From Halobacteriovoraceae bacterium (GTDB lineage: Bacteria > Bdellovibrionota > Bacteriovoracia > Bacteriovoracales > Bacteriovoracaceae): a stretch of DNA of 64,000 nt. The DNA lies in the NCBI GenBank assembly GCA_963719505.1, contig CAVRCF010000003.1:356969-420968 (forward strand), written 5' to 3'. Position numbers and translations under genes: made by a program. This document shows, one piece after another, positions 29,185 through 38,853 of this stretch (the first letter of the stretch is position 1; the number at the start of each line of letters is the position of its first letter). The notes under the pieces are model-generated. The model was given only the letters and a program-made list of their open reading frames with translations. It did not search any database and was not told the origin of the DNA.

Positions 29185-30175
29185 ACTCGTCCTTATTTTT
29201 ATCCTCTGTTCTACGGCTTTTGGAGAGGATATGAAAGTTCTCTTTAAAAAAGGCAAAGTCCAAAAAATAAATCTTGAAAATAAAAAACTTAATATTGATA
29301 GCGGTGATGTCCTGGTCGAGGGAGATATTCTCTTAACGGGAGAAGATTCTTTTGTCGTTGTGACCTTAAAGGGACATTCTACTCATAAGCTTGAACAAAA
29401 CTCACAGATCACAATTTTGAGTCTTCCTTATTACTTCAAAGGATCTAAGGAACTAGATCAAGGTGCGAGCTTTCTTTTAAAAGCGGGAACGATTTTTTCT
29501 GACGTTGTAACAACTGAAGGAGTAAAGTCTTTAACCATCAAATCCAATAATACTGTAATGGGTGTCAGAGGAACAAAGTTTTTAGCCTCTCGTGAAGAAG
29601 AAACTCAAAATGTGTGGCTTTTGGTAAAGTCAGGAGAAGTCGAAATTCACAATGAACTCTCTGGTGATAAAGATATTTTGATCACAGAGCAAGGAGTTGT
29701 TGTTGAAAATGATAGAACATTCACTGGAGTGAAAAGATATGAAATCCTAAAGGAGTTGTCTTGGGACATGTCTCCGGCTTCCGTTTTTAACTCTTTTGCT
29801 AAAAAGAAGCAACAGGCGCTTTCAGAGTATTCACAGAAAAAGACAAAGTGGAATCGAAACGAAGTTATCTACAGTCAAAAAGAAAAAAGATGGAATAGAG
29901 AGCAGCGCGACTATGAGGAACGCACAAAAAGCCTTAAATCAGTGAAAATTAAAAAGAGAAGAAAAGCGCAAATTAAAGAATCGATAAATAAGTCTCCAAA
30001 AGATTTAGCGAGGGGAATAAAGAATAAAAATAAGATAAGAAGAAATGATTTTCTGGAGTTGAGGCAGAAGAGAAAAATTCAACGAAAACTTGATCAAAAT
30101 GATTTGAAGGATAAGAGAAAGAATAATCGTCCCAAGCCGACACGTAGTAGACCAACCGACTCAAGCACTAATTAG
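29168..30175 (+). CDS. Exported FecR-domain protein with basic low-complexity tail
   Basis: EGDILLTGEDS..., TVMGVRGTKF, LLVKSGEVEI FecR motifs; ATG 29168 gives a signal peptide. Confidence 0.75.
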   Translation: MSIISKLVLIFILCSTAFGEDMKVLFKKGKVQKINLENKKLNIDSGDVLVEGDILLTGEDSFVVVTLKGHSTHKLEQNSQITILSLPYYFKGSKELDQGASFLLKAGTIFSDVVTTEGVKSLTIKSNNTVMGVRGTKFLASREEETQNVWLLVKSGEVEIHNELSGDKDILITEQGVVVENDRTFTGVKRYEILKELSWDMSPASVFNSFAKKKQQALSEYSQKKTKWNRNEVIYSQKEKRWNREQRDYEERTKSLKSVKIKKRRKAQIKESINKSPKDLARGIKNKNKIRRNDFLELRQKRKIQRKLDQNDLKDKRKNNRPKPTRSRPTDSSTN

Positions 30176-30232
30176 AATGAGATAAAAATCATTTTTTATT
30201 CACTCCTACCGATAAGTTGGGTAGGAGAACTA

Positions 30233-30751
30233 ATGCTGCAACAATTTTTAAGACCAAAGAGATTTAAAACAAAAGAAGACTTCTTTTTTGAGTTTTTTCA
30301 AAACCCTGAACATTCTTGGATTGCCAATGATAGGTATATTAAATCAAACTTTGAAGAATTTTTTAGTCTGGTTCCTCTAAACATCTTAAGAGAGCTTTAC
30401 GGACAAGGTGATATTTGGTTTATTCCCTCTTCAGGCAAGTTTAGTTGTGCTATACAGCCAATCCGTTGCTCGATCGTTATGGTCTTTCCTGAATTTCACA
30501 AAATGTTACGCTCCTTCAGTCCTGATGATGCTTGTGCAGTATTGGCCCACGAATTAGGACATATCTTTTATAAGCACTCGGATAGAAAGTTAGATGTTTT
30601 AGAAGCACAAGTCGAAGCTGATAAGTTTGCTATCGATCTTGGTTTTGGACGCGAACTAGAGTCTTTTTTAAACACGATGCCTGAGGGATTAGAGAAGAGA
30701 GTTCGATTATCCTATTTAACCTCTCGCCACTTTGAAGCCGTCCTAGATTAA
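30233..30751 (+). CDS. M48-like zinc metallopeptidase domain protein
   Basis: AVLAHELGH (HExxH) and downstream EADKFA. Confidence 0.75.
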   Translation: MLQQFLRPKRFKTKEDFFFEFFQNPEHSWIANDRYIKSNFEEFFSLVPLNILRELYGQGDIWFIPSSGKFSCAIQPIRCSIVMVFPEFHKMLRSFSPDDACAVLAHELGHIFYKHSDRKLDVLEAQVEADKFAIDLGFGRELESFLNTMPEGLEKRVRLSYLTSRHFEAVLD

Positions 30752-30754
30752 AAA

Positions 30755-30982
30755 TTATCTGCATTTAGTTTTTATATAACCACCAGGAAGAGCAACTTCT
30801 TTTTCAGAAATAGGACTCGCACCTTTTTTCGTTATGGTTAATTTTGCAAAACCTTCATTGAACCCACTAATTTGCCATATAGTTGACTCATCCGGTTTTT
30901 GTATGCATTGACCGACCTTAAATTTTTCTCCAAAGCATGAAACAAGTAATAAAAGCGATGAAATAAGAATTAATTCTTTCAT
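30755..30982 (-). CDS. Small lipoprotein
   Basis: Lipobox LVSC; GGAG RBS. Confidence 0.6.
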   Translation of the reverse strand: MKELILISSLLLLVSCFGEKFKVGQCIQKPDESTIWQISGFNEGFAKLTITKKGASPISEKEVALPGGYIKTKCR

Positions 30983-31020
30983 ATAAACTCCTGGTGAATA
31001 TAATAGGTTAAGGAGTTATT

Positions 31021-31536
31021 ATGGGATTTTGGAATATCTTTAGCAATAAAAATTCAGCGGATTCGGCTAAAAAGTACAGCTCGCTTCATTATGAAGTCAA
31101 GGAGATGTATCCAGACATGTCTGAGGAACAGCTTATAAAAATCACTTGTATCGCTGGTCTTTTTGCCAGAGTTGCCTATGTCGACTTCTCTTTAGAAGAA
31201 TCAGAGATTGATCATATGAAGGCTGCCCTTAAAGAGATGACCGACTTTAAGGACGAGGAGATCAACAGCATTGTTGGTGTCGCCAATAAGCATATCAAAG
31301 AGCTCGCTGGTTTAGAGAATCATAAATACGTCTATTCTCTTAAAGAAGTTATGGATCAAAATGAGAGATATAAGATCATTGAAGCCCTCTTTTATGTGGC
31401 CGCTAGTGATGGAACTGTTTCAAATGATGAGTCGGAAGAAATTAGAATTATTAATAAAGGTTTTGATTTATCAGACAGACACTTCGCAGCCGCCCGAGCA
31501 AAAGTGTCGGATAAACTTGGGGCCCTAAGAGGGTAA
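31021..31536 (+). CDS. TerB/DjlA-like family protein
   Basis: ARVAYVD..EESE and FYVAASDGTVSNDESEEIRII TerB-type motifs. Confidence 0.8.
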   Translation: MGFWNIFSNKNSADSAKKYSSLHYEVKEMYPDMSEEQLIKITCIAGLFARVAYVDFSLEESEIDHMKAALKEMTDFKDEEINSIVGVANKHIKELAGLENHKYVYSLKEVMDQNERYKIIEALFYVAASDGTVSNDESEEIRIINKGFDLSDRHFAAARAKVSDKLGALRG

Positions 31537-31580
31537 AGAGTTCTTTTTGAAATCCTTGATATTATTGATATAATATTGTC

Positions 31581-33398
31581 GTGAGCGACTCAACGGTAAA
31601 GAACATTCAAAATTCAGATTTAAAATTAAAAAAGTTTAATTCACTTGATGGTTCACATCCTTTTAAAAAAGTTCTTCCAGAGGGATTTGTTGATTATAAG
31701 GCCAGGTTAAGACCTGGTGCTAAGGTAAGATATTTTAATTTCGACTTAGCAAAAGAGATGGGTCTTATACCAAAAGACCATGATCATAAATTGGATAAAG
31801 AATTAACGGAAAAAATAATTAACACCTTTGGCATTATCATCATCAATGAATTCGATATTGAAAACAAAAAAGAGTATCCCAAAAAAGAAATTAAAGATGG
31901 CTCATACATGGCCACTCGCTACCTTCAACTTCAACATAAAGACAAAAAAGGTAAGTCCTCTGGAGATGGAAGAAGTATCTGGAATGGTCGAGTCAGGCAC
32001 AATAATCAGCTATGGGATGTCTCTAGTTGTGGAACTGGAGCAACAAGACTGAGTCCAGCCACAACAAAATTTAATAAATTTTTTGAAAACGGGGATCCTT
32101 CTATCTCTTATGGCTGTGGATATGCTGAAATTGATGAGGGGATTGCACAAGCTCTCTTTAGTGAAGTTTTCTATCAAAATAATGTTCGAACGGAAAGAAC
32201 ACTTGCTGTTTTAGAATTTGAAAAAGGCTACGCTATCAACGTGCGGGCCCATCAATCTTTGTTGAGACCAAGTCACTTCTTTATGTATTTAAAACAAAAT
32301 GAAGTCGAACCTCTTAAGGATCTTCTGGATTACTATATAGAAACCCAAAGGGGATTAAAGTCTTTTGAAAACTGTCCAAAAGGTGATGGGAAATACAAAT
32401 TTTTTCTCCAATCTTTTGCCAAAGTTTTTGGACAAGTGGCAGCTACATTTGAAAATGAGTATATCTTTTGTTGGCTTGATTGGGACGGGGACAATATCTT
32501 AATGGACGGTAGTATTATTGACTACGGTTCTATCAGGCAGTTTGGGCTCTTTCACTCTGAGTACCGATACGATGATGTAGATAGATTTTCAACATCAATA
32601 CTGGAGCAACGAGATAAAGCTCGCTATATCGTTCAGACCTTTGCCCAAGTTGTTGACTATGTTCTTTGTGGAGAAAAGAAGAATATTCATGCTTTTAAAA
32701 GAGACGAAAGTCTTAAGATTTTTGATCGTGAATTTGAAAATGAAAAAAATAGAAGCTTACTTTTTAAAATTGGTTTCTCACAAAAGGAAGTGAATAGTCT
32801 TCTCAAAAATGAGATCAAAACTATTTTGCAGTATCGAAAAGTTTTTTCATATTTTGAAAGAGCAAAAAGTAAAAAGGGAATTATAAAGGTTGCTGATGGT
32901 GTCACTTGGGATGCTATTTTCTGTATAAGGGATATTCTTCGCACTTTACCCAAGCTGATTATAACAAGAAAAGAAAAAATACAAGATGAAGAGTTTATCT
33001 CAATATTGAGATCTAACTACGCGACAGATAAAGATTGCGAAATAAATCCTTACCGCAGCAAGATGATAAAGTCTTTTCAAGAGCTTTATTGGAAGCTTGT
33101 TGAACTTGTGGCAAAAAATAATAGAACCTCTTTTGAAAAACAAATTCTCGATGTCTCCATGCGATCTGCAGTCATTAATAAAATGGCAAGAGTGACAGGT
33201 GATTCGGTCTCACTTATTGTTGAGCAGCTTTTAAAAGAGCGCAATAAACTCTCGGTTGGAGAAGTTTATGATGTCATAAGAGACTTTGCTCAAATCCAAA
33301 ACTTTAATCCACTTAAAACACCTGTCGAGAACCGGGAAGTGAGCGGACTTGTTAAAAAATTCTTTGAAATTGTGAAAGATAATAGGGAAGGCTTATGA
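31581..33398 (+). CDS. Divergent SelO/YdiU-like pseudokinase (protein adenylyltransferase family)
   Basis: GDGRSI, GTGATRLS, SEVF..TERTLAV, LRPSHF and DNILMDGSIIDYG align with SelO motifs. Confidence 0.72.
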   Translation: MSDSTVKNIQNSDLKLKKFNSLDGSHPFKKVLPEGFVDYKARLRPGAKVRYFNFDLAKEMGLIPKDHDHKLDKELTEKIINTFGIIIINEFDIENKKEYPKKEIKDGSYMATRYLQLQHKDKKGKSSGDGRSIWNGRVRHNNQLWDVSSCGTGATRLSPATTKFNKFFENGDPSISYGCGYAEIDEGIAQALFSEVFYQNNVRTERTLAVLEFEKGYAINVRAHQSLLRPSHFFMYLKQNEVEPLKDLLDYYIETQRGLKSFENCPKGDGKYKFFLQSFAKVFGQVAATFENEYIFCWLDWDGDNILMDGSIIDYGSIRQFGLFHSEYRYDDVDRFSTSILEQRDKARYIVQTFAQVVDYVLCGEKKNIHAFKRDESLKIFDREFENEKNRSLLFKIGFSQKEVNSLLKNEIKTILQYRKVFSYFERAKSKKGIIKVADGVTWDAIFCIRDILRTLPKLIITRKEKIQDEEFISILRSNYATDKDCEINPYRSKMIKSFQELYWKLVELVAKNNRTSFEKQILDVSMRSAVINKMARVTGDSVSLIVEQLLKERNKLSVGEVYDVIRDFAQIQNFNPLKTPVENREVSGLVKKFFEIVKDNREGL

Positions 33399-34054
33399 GA
33401 CTCGTCTTCTACAGTGGAGGCCACGACTTTGAGAATAGTCTTTTGGATGAATCCTTATTAGGACTTGCCGGAAAAAATCCTCAAGTCACTTATATCCCTT
33501 CCTGTTCTTACCTTTGTGACCAGGACTTTCGAGAGTTTGTTGAGCAGTACGGAAAATACAATATCCATAATATTATTAATTTCCCCATCGATAATGACTA
33601 CACTGAAGTTTTAAAAGAAGAAGTTTTTAAATCTGATATTATTCATTTGTCAGGAGGGAATACTTTTTACTTTTTAAAACATCTTCGAAAGACGGGAATG
33701 TTAGCAGAGCTTAAAAAGTATGTGCGAAGTGGAGGGATTTTAACTGGTCTCTCAGCTGGCGCTATCATTATGACAAAGTCTATTGAGACGGCTTCATTTC
33801 CTGAGTTTGATCGCGATGAAAATGACGAGAATGTAAAAAACTTAAAAGCAATGGGGCTAGTGAACTTTGAGTTCTTTCCCCACTATAAAAACTCAAAACG
33901 ATATGACAAAGAGATCGCTATTTACTCGAGAAAAACGGACAAGCCAGTTTACGCTTGTCCCGATGGTAGTGGAATCGTTGTTGATCATGATAAGATTCAA
34001 TTTATTGGGAAAGCCTATTGCTTTCACCAAGGCAAAAAATTTATTTTAAAGTAG
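33395..34054 (+). CDS. Peptidase E / cyanophycinase family (S51)
   Basis: YIP, IHLSGGNT, GLSAGA nucleophile, FFPHY. Confidence 0.88.
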   Translation: MRLVFYSGGHDFENSLLDESLLGLAGKNPQVTYIPSCSYLCDQDFREFVEQYGKYNIHNIINFPIDNDYTEVLKEEVFKSDIIHLSGGNTFYFLKHLRKTGMLAELKKYVRSGGILTGLSAGAIIMTKSIETASFPEFDRDENDENVKNLKAMGLVNFEFFPHYKNSKRYDKEIAIYSRKTDKPVYACPDGSGIVVDHDKIQFIGKAYCFHQGKKFILK

Positions 34055-34060
34055 GAACTA

Positions 34061-35158
34061 ATGGCAATAACAAATGAAGACTTTGTTAAACTGGTAAAAT
34101 CGGCGGCATCAAATGGAGTCTCAGATATTCACATCCGTACCAATGAGAGACCTTGTTTTAGAATGAGAGGTGATCTTGTTCCGATCAAAGTTGATCCCTA
34201 CTCCTATGATGATGTAAGAGACATTGCTCTAATCCTAGTTAAAAGCGAAGAGAAAAAGAAAAATATAGATAATGAGAAAGAGCTTGATGGTTCGTATGCG
34301 ATTCCCAAAATTTGTCGAGTTCGTTATAATCTCTTTCGTTATCAAGGTAAGATGGGAATTATTCTTAGACTTATCAACGCTGAAATACCTACGACGGAAG
34401 CTCTTGGTATTCCGCCAATTGTAAACAAAATAGCACTGGCCCATAACGGATTAGTTTTAGTTACCGGTGCTACAGGTTCTGGGAAGTCCTCTACACTTGC
34501 GGCGATGATAAATCATATAAACAAAACGAAAGCTGTTCATATTTTAACTCTTGAAGATCCAGTTGAATATATTCACCAGCCAATTAAAGCTCGAATAACT
34601 CAAAGAGAGATTGGAGAGGATACCGATGATTTTGGTGGTGCTTTAAGGTCAGCTCTTAGACAAGATCCAGATATTATTCTGATCGGAGAAATGAGAGATG
34701 CAGAGACGATTAGTATTGCTATTAAGGCCGCAGAGACTGGACACTTAGTTTTTGGAACAGTTCATACCACTGATGCTTTAAATACTATTGGTCGACTTAT
34801 CTCTATGTTTCCACCAGAAGAGCAGGACGCAGTTAGATCAAGAATTTCCGACAACCTTTATGCAACAGTCAGCCAAAGACTTCTTAAAACCGTTGATGGA
34901 AAGGGGAGAGTCGCCGCTTTAGAGGTCATGATTACAAGCCCAGGTATCCGAGATGCTATTAACGATCCCGATACCATTGCTGAAATCTATACTTATATCG
35001 AAAAAGGTAAAAGAGGCTCTGGAACTCAAAGTTTTGATCAGCATATTACCGATCTCTACAAAGAGGGGAAGATCTCTATGGAAGAAGCTAAAGCCAGTGC
35101 AACATCGGCTGAAGATTTTGAGAGAAACCTAATGTTTGGTGGCGGAGATGATGACTAA
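34061..35158 (+). CDS. pilT: PilT/PilU-family type IV pilus retraction ATPase
   Basis: SDIHI, GATGSGKS, EDPVE, ALRQDPDIILIGEMRD, ETGHLVFGTVH. Confidence 0.88.
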   Translation: MAITNEDFVKLVKSAASNGVSDIHIRTNERPCFRMRGDLVPIKVDPYSYDDVRDIALILVKSEEKKKNIDNEKELDGSYAIPKICRVRYNLFRYQGKMGIILRLINAEIPTTEALGIPPIVNKIALAHNGLVLVTGATGSGKSSTLAAMINHINKTKAVHILTLEDPVEYIHQPIKARITQREIGEDTDDFGGALRSALRQDPDIILIGEMRDAETISIAIKAAETGHLVFGTVHTTDALNTIGRLISMFPPEEQDAVRSRISDNLYATVSQRLLKTVDGKGRVAALEVMITSPGIRDAINDPDTIAEIYTYIEKGKRGSGTQSFDQHITDLYKEGKISMEEAKASATSAEDFERNLMFGGGDDD

Positions 35159-36132
35159 ACGAGGGATTCTATAATATCCATCATTTCATTATAGTCCTTA
35201 CTCAAGAGAAATTTTTTCTTTTTGTCCTTAGATTGGGCAATAGGGTCAAAAATATAACGAGAGACCGATTTAAGCCTTCGATTTTTAGCAAGGTCATTTA
35301 ACTTTGGCAGACTTTCCATCTGTATATAGAACTCTTTATAGTATTTGAGCATTTCGACTTTTCTCATTTGAGGATCTTCAATACTTCTTCCCGCATGAAA
35401 TTCCCGAGCAAGCCATGGTGTTTTTAAAGCACCCCTAGCAATCATAACGGAATGACAACCAGTATAGTCATAATAGTCTTCAATATCAGAGATACTCCAG
35501 ATATCTCCGTTTCCAATAATGGGAATATTTACTTGTTTGACTGCATGCTTGACGTACTGCCATTTTGCAACGCCTTTATAGAGCTCATCCCGAGTTCTAG
35601 CGTGAATTGTAATTGCTTCCACTCCTTGATCTTCTAAAAGTTTTAGAGTTGAATCAAACTGTAAATCATCCTTATAACCCACGCGAATTTTTGCTGTGAA
35701 GGTGCCTTTAAAGTTCTCTCTGATAGTTTTAATTATTGTCTTAAGATTCTTGTGGTCACTAAGAAGGTAAGAGCCACCTTGGTTTTTACACACTGTCTTC
35801 GAAGGACAACCAAGATTTATATCCAGCCAGTCGATTCCAAGTGCATCGATTCGAGCGATATGATCTTCAGTAAAAGCGGAGCTACTTGTTAAAATTTGGT
35901 AAATAGTTTTTTTCTTCAGTTCAGGAGTTGAATAAACGGTTTCCCCATAGTGCTTAAGAAGATGCTTGTCAGGATATGATCCGGTGGTTGGAATTCTTAA
36001 AAAATCGGTACAAATATAATCCCACTCTGGATAAAGAGTCGTTATAACATTTCTGTAAGCCTCATCCGTTACGCCTTCCATAGGAGCAAAGAATAATGAA
36101 TTTTCTTTAAAGGGGACCTTATTTTTCACCAA
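35155..36132 (-). CDS. tRNA-dihydrouridine synthase family protein
   Basis: APMEGVTD, DINLGCP, KIRVG, TIHART, GNGDI, VMIARGAL. Confidence 0.92.
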   Translation of the reverse strand: MVKNKVPFKENSLFFAPMEGVTDEAYRNVITTLYPEWDYICTDFLRIPTTGSYPDKHLLKHYGETVYSTPELKKKTIYQILTSSSAFTEDHIARIDALGIDWLDINLGCPSKTVCKNQGGSYLLSDHKNLKTIIKTIRENFKGTFTAKIRVGYKDDLQFDSTLKLLEDQGVEAITIHARTRDELYKGVAKWQYVKHAVKQVNIPIIGNGDIWSISDIEDYYDYTGCHSVMIARGALKTPWLAREFHAGRSIEDPQMRKVEMLKYYKEFYIQMESLPKLNDLAKNRRLKSVSRYIFDPIAQSKDKKKKFLLSKDYNEMMDIIESLV

Positions 36133-36535
36133 TGACAGTTATCACAATTTTTCTAGGACCACCATGATTTCTAAACTCACAAAGGTAAATTCCTTGCCAG
36201 GTGCCAAGGTTGAGCTTGCCATCAGTTATGGGAATTTGAAGCGATGTTCCAACAATACTTGATTTTACATGGGCAGGCATATCGTCAGGCCCCTCAAGGG
36301 TGTGCTTATAGAAGGGCTCATTCTCTGGGACTAATTTGTTGAAAATACTTTCAAAGTCTTCTCGAACGGTTTGATCTGCATTTTCGTTTATTGTTAGGCC
36401 AGCTGAGGTATGTTTGATAAATAAATTTAGTATACCTTTGTTTGGAAGATCCAGAAGTTTTTCTAAAACCTCTGAGGTAATAAGGTGAAACCCTCTGGGC
36501 TTGGGGTTAAGGACTATTTCAAGTTGAGTAATCAT
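36119..36535 (-). CDS. yjbQ: YjbQ/UPF0047 family protein
   Basis: HTSAGLTINENAD, EGPDDMPAH, LGTWQGIYLCE. Confidence 0.92.
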   Translation of the reverse strand: MITQLEIVLNPKPRGFHLITSEVLEKLLDLPNKGILNLFIKHTSAGLTINENADQTVREDFESIFNKLVPENEPFYKHTLEGPDDMPAHVKSSIVGTSLQIPITDGKLNLGTWQGIYLCEFRNHGGPRKIVITVIGEK

Positions 36536-36640
36536 TTTGGTAATCTATCTAAAATTTAGGTAGATGTCATGCTTTCTTTAAAATTTACAGCTCGAAGGAA
36601 ACCATGTGATAAAGCGTTAAATTTAATATCCAAGGAACAT

Positions 36641-37927
36641 ATGTTGCATTTTTACTTACTTCTTTTCATTTTCTCTGGGCTGTCATTTGGCGCTTCAATC
36701 ACCGAGTCAGACTTTTATAAATACGATGTTTTTTTTACAAATCCAATCTGTCAGCAATACGACTACTCTGAAGTTGTTTATTCAAACGATGGAACTCTTT
36801 TAAATTCCAAGCCCAAAAATGTCTACTGTAAACAAGGAGATAAGAATTTCAATTTGGAGAGGGAAGACTCGCCAAATTATAATTTAAGAAAGCTTATCAA
36901 TAATAGTGATGTGAATAAGATCTTTTTAACGTACCTCTCGTTTTCAGATCAATCTGTTACTGAAGCATTATGTTCGGCGATTGAACAAAGAAATCTGGAT
37001 GTGACGATTATTGTTGATTCGAAAAATGAGTCTAGAGCAAGTGCTATGGCCAAGGTGGAAAAGATTTCAAAATGTAGGGCTAAAGAGTCAGCTCTTGAAG
37101 AAGGAGAGCTTTCAAATATTCCAACAGTAATGACCAGAGGAAATATTGGTGGACTGGGGTACGCTCATAATAAAATTATCATTGCGAACTTTAAAAGCCA
37201 GCCTCGAAAATCGACGATTGTTTTCTCTTCGGGAAATATGTCTTCTGGAACAGTTCTTCATCACGAAAATTGGCATTTTCTGACAATGGATACCAGTTCA
37301 TTTTTTTATCAAATCCATCAGTGTATAAAAGAGGGGATGCTAAATCATGCCTCTAAAAAGTCACTTTTTAAAAAATTCATCTCTCAGTGCAGAGGAGCGA
37401 TAGAGTCAGAACCTGAAAGTGATATTCAAGTGTACATCGTTCCAAGTGATGGAGTAGAGGCAATGAACAACCTTACTTCTTCAATGGAGAAGGCTAAATC
37501 AATTGATGTGGCTGTCCATAGATTAACTCATAAGAGCTTTATTGCAGGGCTCGTCAAGCACTCTTCAGCTAAAAAAGTTAGACTGATAGTTGATGATGAT
37601 ATTTATTGGGCCGGAAAGCTAAAGAAAAATATTGGTTCAAGTATGCCCAGTGAAGCAGGTGGGATGAACAAAATTAGAATCGCTGGAGCTCAAATTGGTT
37701 ATATGGAGACAAACGAATCATCGAGACTTCTCCACCATAATAAATTTGTTATTTTTAATAATGCAGATGGAACAGGTAGTGTTCACACCGGAGCTGGAAA
37801 CTTTACTCATGCGGCTTTTTCCAAGAACTTTGAGAACTACTATTTCATTAAGATTCCAAAAGTTGTGGATATTTTTAATAAACAATACAAATATATGTTC
37901 GAAGAACTAGCCGAGTCACTACAATAA
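36641..37927 (+). CDS. Secreted phospholipase D-superfamily enzyme (two HxK motifs)
   Basis: Signal peptide from ATG 36641; HNKIIIAN..SSGN and HNKFVIFN..GAGN. Confidence 0.82.
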   Translation: MLHFYLLLFIFSGLSFGASITESDFYKYDVFFTNPICQQYDYSEVVYSNDGTLLNSKPKNVYCKQGDKNFNLEREDSPNYNLRKLINNSDVNKIFLTYLSFSDQSVTEALCSAIEQRNLDVTIIVDSKNESRASAMAKVEKISKCRAKESALEEGELSNIPTVMTRGNIGGLGYAHNKIIIANFKSQPRKSTIVFSSGNMSSGTVLHHENWHFLTMDTSSFFYQIHQCIKEGMLNHASKKSLFKKFISQCRGAIESEPESDIQVYIVPSDGVEAMNNLTSSMEKAKSIDVAVHRLTHKSFIAGLVKHSSAKKVRLIVDDDIYWAGKLKKNIGSSMPSEAGGMNKIRIAGAQIGYMETNESSRLLHHNKFVIFNNADGTGSVHTGAGNFTHAAFSKNFENYYFIKIPKVVDIFNKQYKYMFEELAESLQ

Positions 37928-37965
37928 GCTACCTGATCGTTATGTAAAACCGTAGTCAAACTATC

Positions 37966-38478
37966 TCAAAGGCTCTCTTTAGATAGTTTATCAAATACTT
38001 TAAAGAGCCCAAGAGCAGAAAGAGTCCACTGGAGCTCTCCTAGAGAGAGCATCTTTTTTACAGTTTCAATCTTTATTTTTCTAACATCCAAAATAGTATC
38101 TTCTCCGTCAGGATTAGGAAGTTTAGATTCTTCTAAGTCAGTTGCTAAAAAATAATAAAAATTACTATTGATTGTTCCATTGGAGCGATGAACCATAAGT
38201 TCCTCAAGTTTATTTGCTTTGAATCCCGCTTCTTCTTGCAGCTCTCTGTTAGCACAAAGAATAGGAGTCTCTCCTGGATCAATATGTCCCGTGACCATCT
38301 TTAGCCGCTGATTAGGGGTTTCATGAGGTCGCTTCTCTACGATAAAGATGATCTCGTTATCTTTCGTTAGGGGAATGACGACAAGAGAATCAGGCAAATA
38401 GACCTTCTCCCAGACATGGCCATCAACAACTCTCTCTTTAACTTGAATATATTTCCCGTCGTATTTTAATTCTTCCAT
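37966..38478 (-). CDS. NUDIX hydrolase (ADP-ribose pyrophosphatase-like)
   Basis: Nudix box GHIDPGETPILCANRELQEEAG. Confidence 0.9.
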   Translation of the reverse strand: MEELKYDGKYIQVKERVVDGHVWEKVYLPDSLVVIPLTKDNEIIFIVEKRPHETPNQRLKMVTGHIDPGETPILCANRELQEEAGFKANKLEELMVHRSNGTINSNFYYFLATDLEESKLPNPDGEDTILDVRKIKIETVKKMLSLGELQWTLSALGLFKVFDKLSKESL

Positions 38479-38508
38479 AAAATTCCTTTTCCGTACTATA
38501 ATATAAAA

Positions 38509-38853
38509 ATGGAACCAATTAGACTAGCTGTATTACCTTTAACCGATGCCAAGAGTTTGCAAGACGATTTGCGAAAAGAGGGTGTTGAGCTTATTCTTAA
38601 TCATAATGATCAGACTTGTACCAGAGGCTGTACCGTAACGGTAGAGGTTTTGGGCTTCGAAAAAGATATGGAAGCAATCGCAAAAAAATATCAAGAAAAT
38701 TATCAGAAGTTAGTTGAAGGCCATGACGTTAATTGGGAAGCAATCAACTCCGTTTTTGATCCTAGTTCAGAGTCCGTCACTTGCCCGGCTTGTACTTTTA
38801 CCTTTACTCCAACGAGTAAAGAATGCCCCGATTGTGGCCTTGTTATTGGATAA
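38509..38853 (+). CDS. Small protein with C-terminal zinc ribbon
   Basis: CPAC..CPDCG plus CTRGC. Confidence 0.65.
   Translation: MEPIRLAVLPLTDAKSLQDDLRKEGVELILNHNDQTCTRGCTVTVEVLGFEKDMEAIAKKYQENYQKLVEGHDVNWEAINSVFDPSSESVTCPACTFTFTPTSKECPDCGLVIG

Noticed and set aside
31021-31536. Tellurite-resistance (ter) operon or defence island
   Set aside because: Only a solitary TerB-like gene; no terC, terD or terZ neighbours
33380-33398. Selenocysteine read-through at the TGA of the SelO-like gene
   Set aside because: TGA is part of an ATGA overlap with the next gene and is not preceded by the SelO C-terminal Cys motif; no SECIS evident
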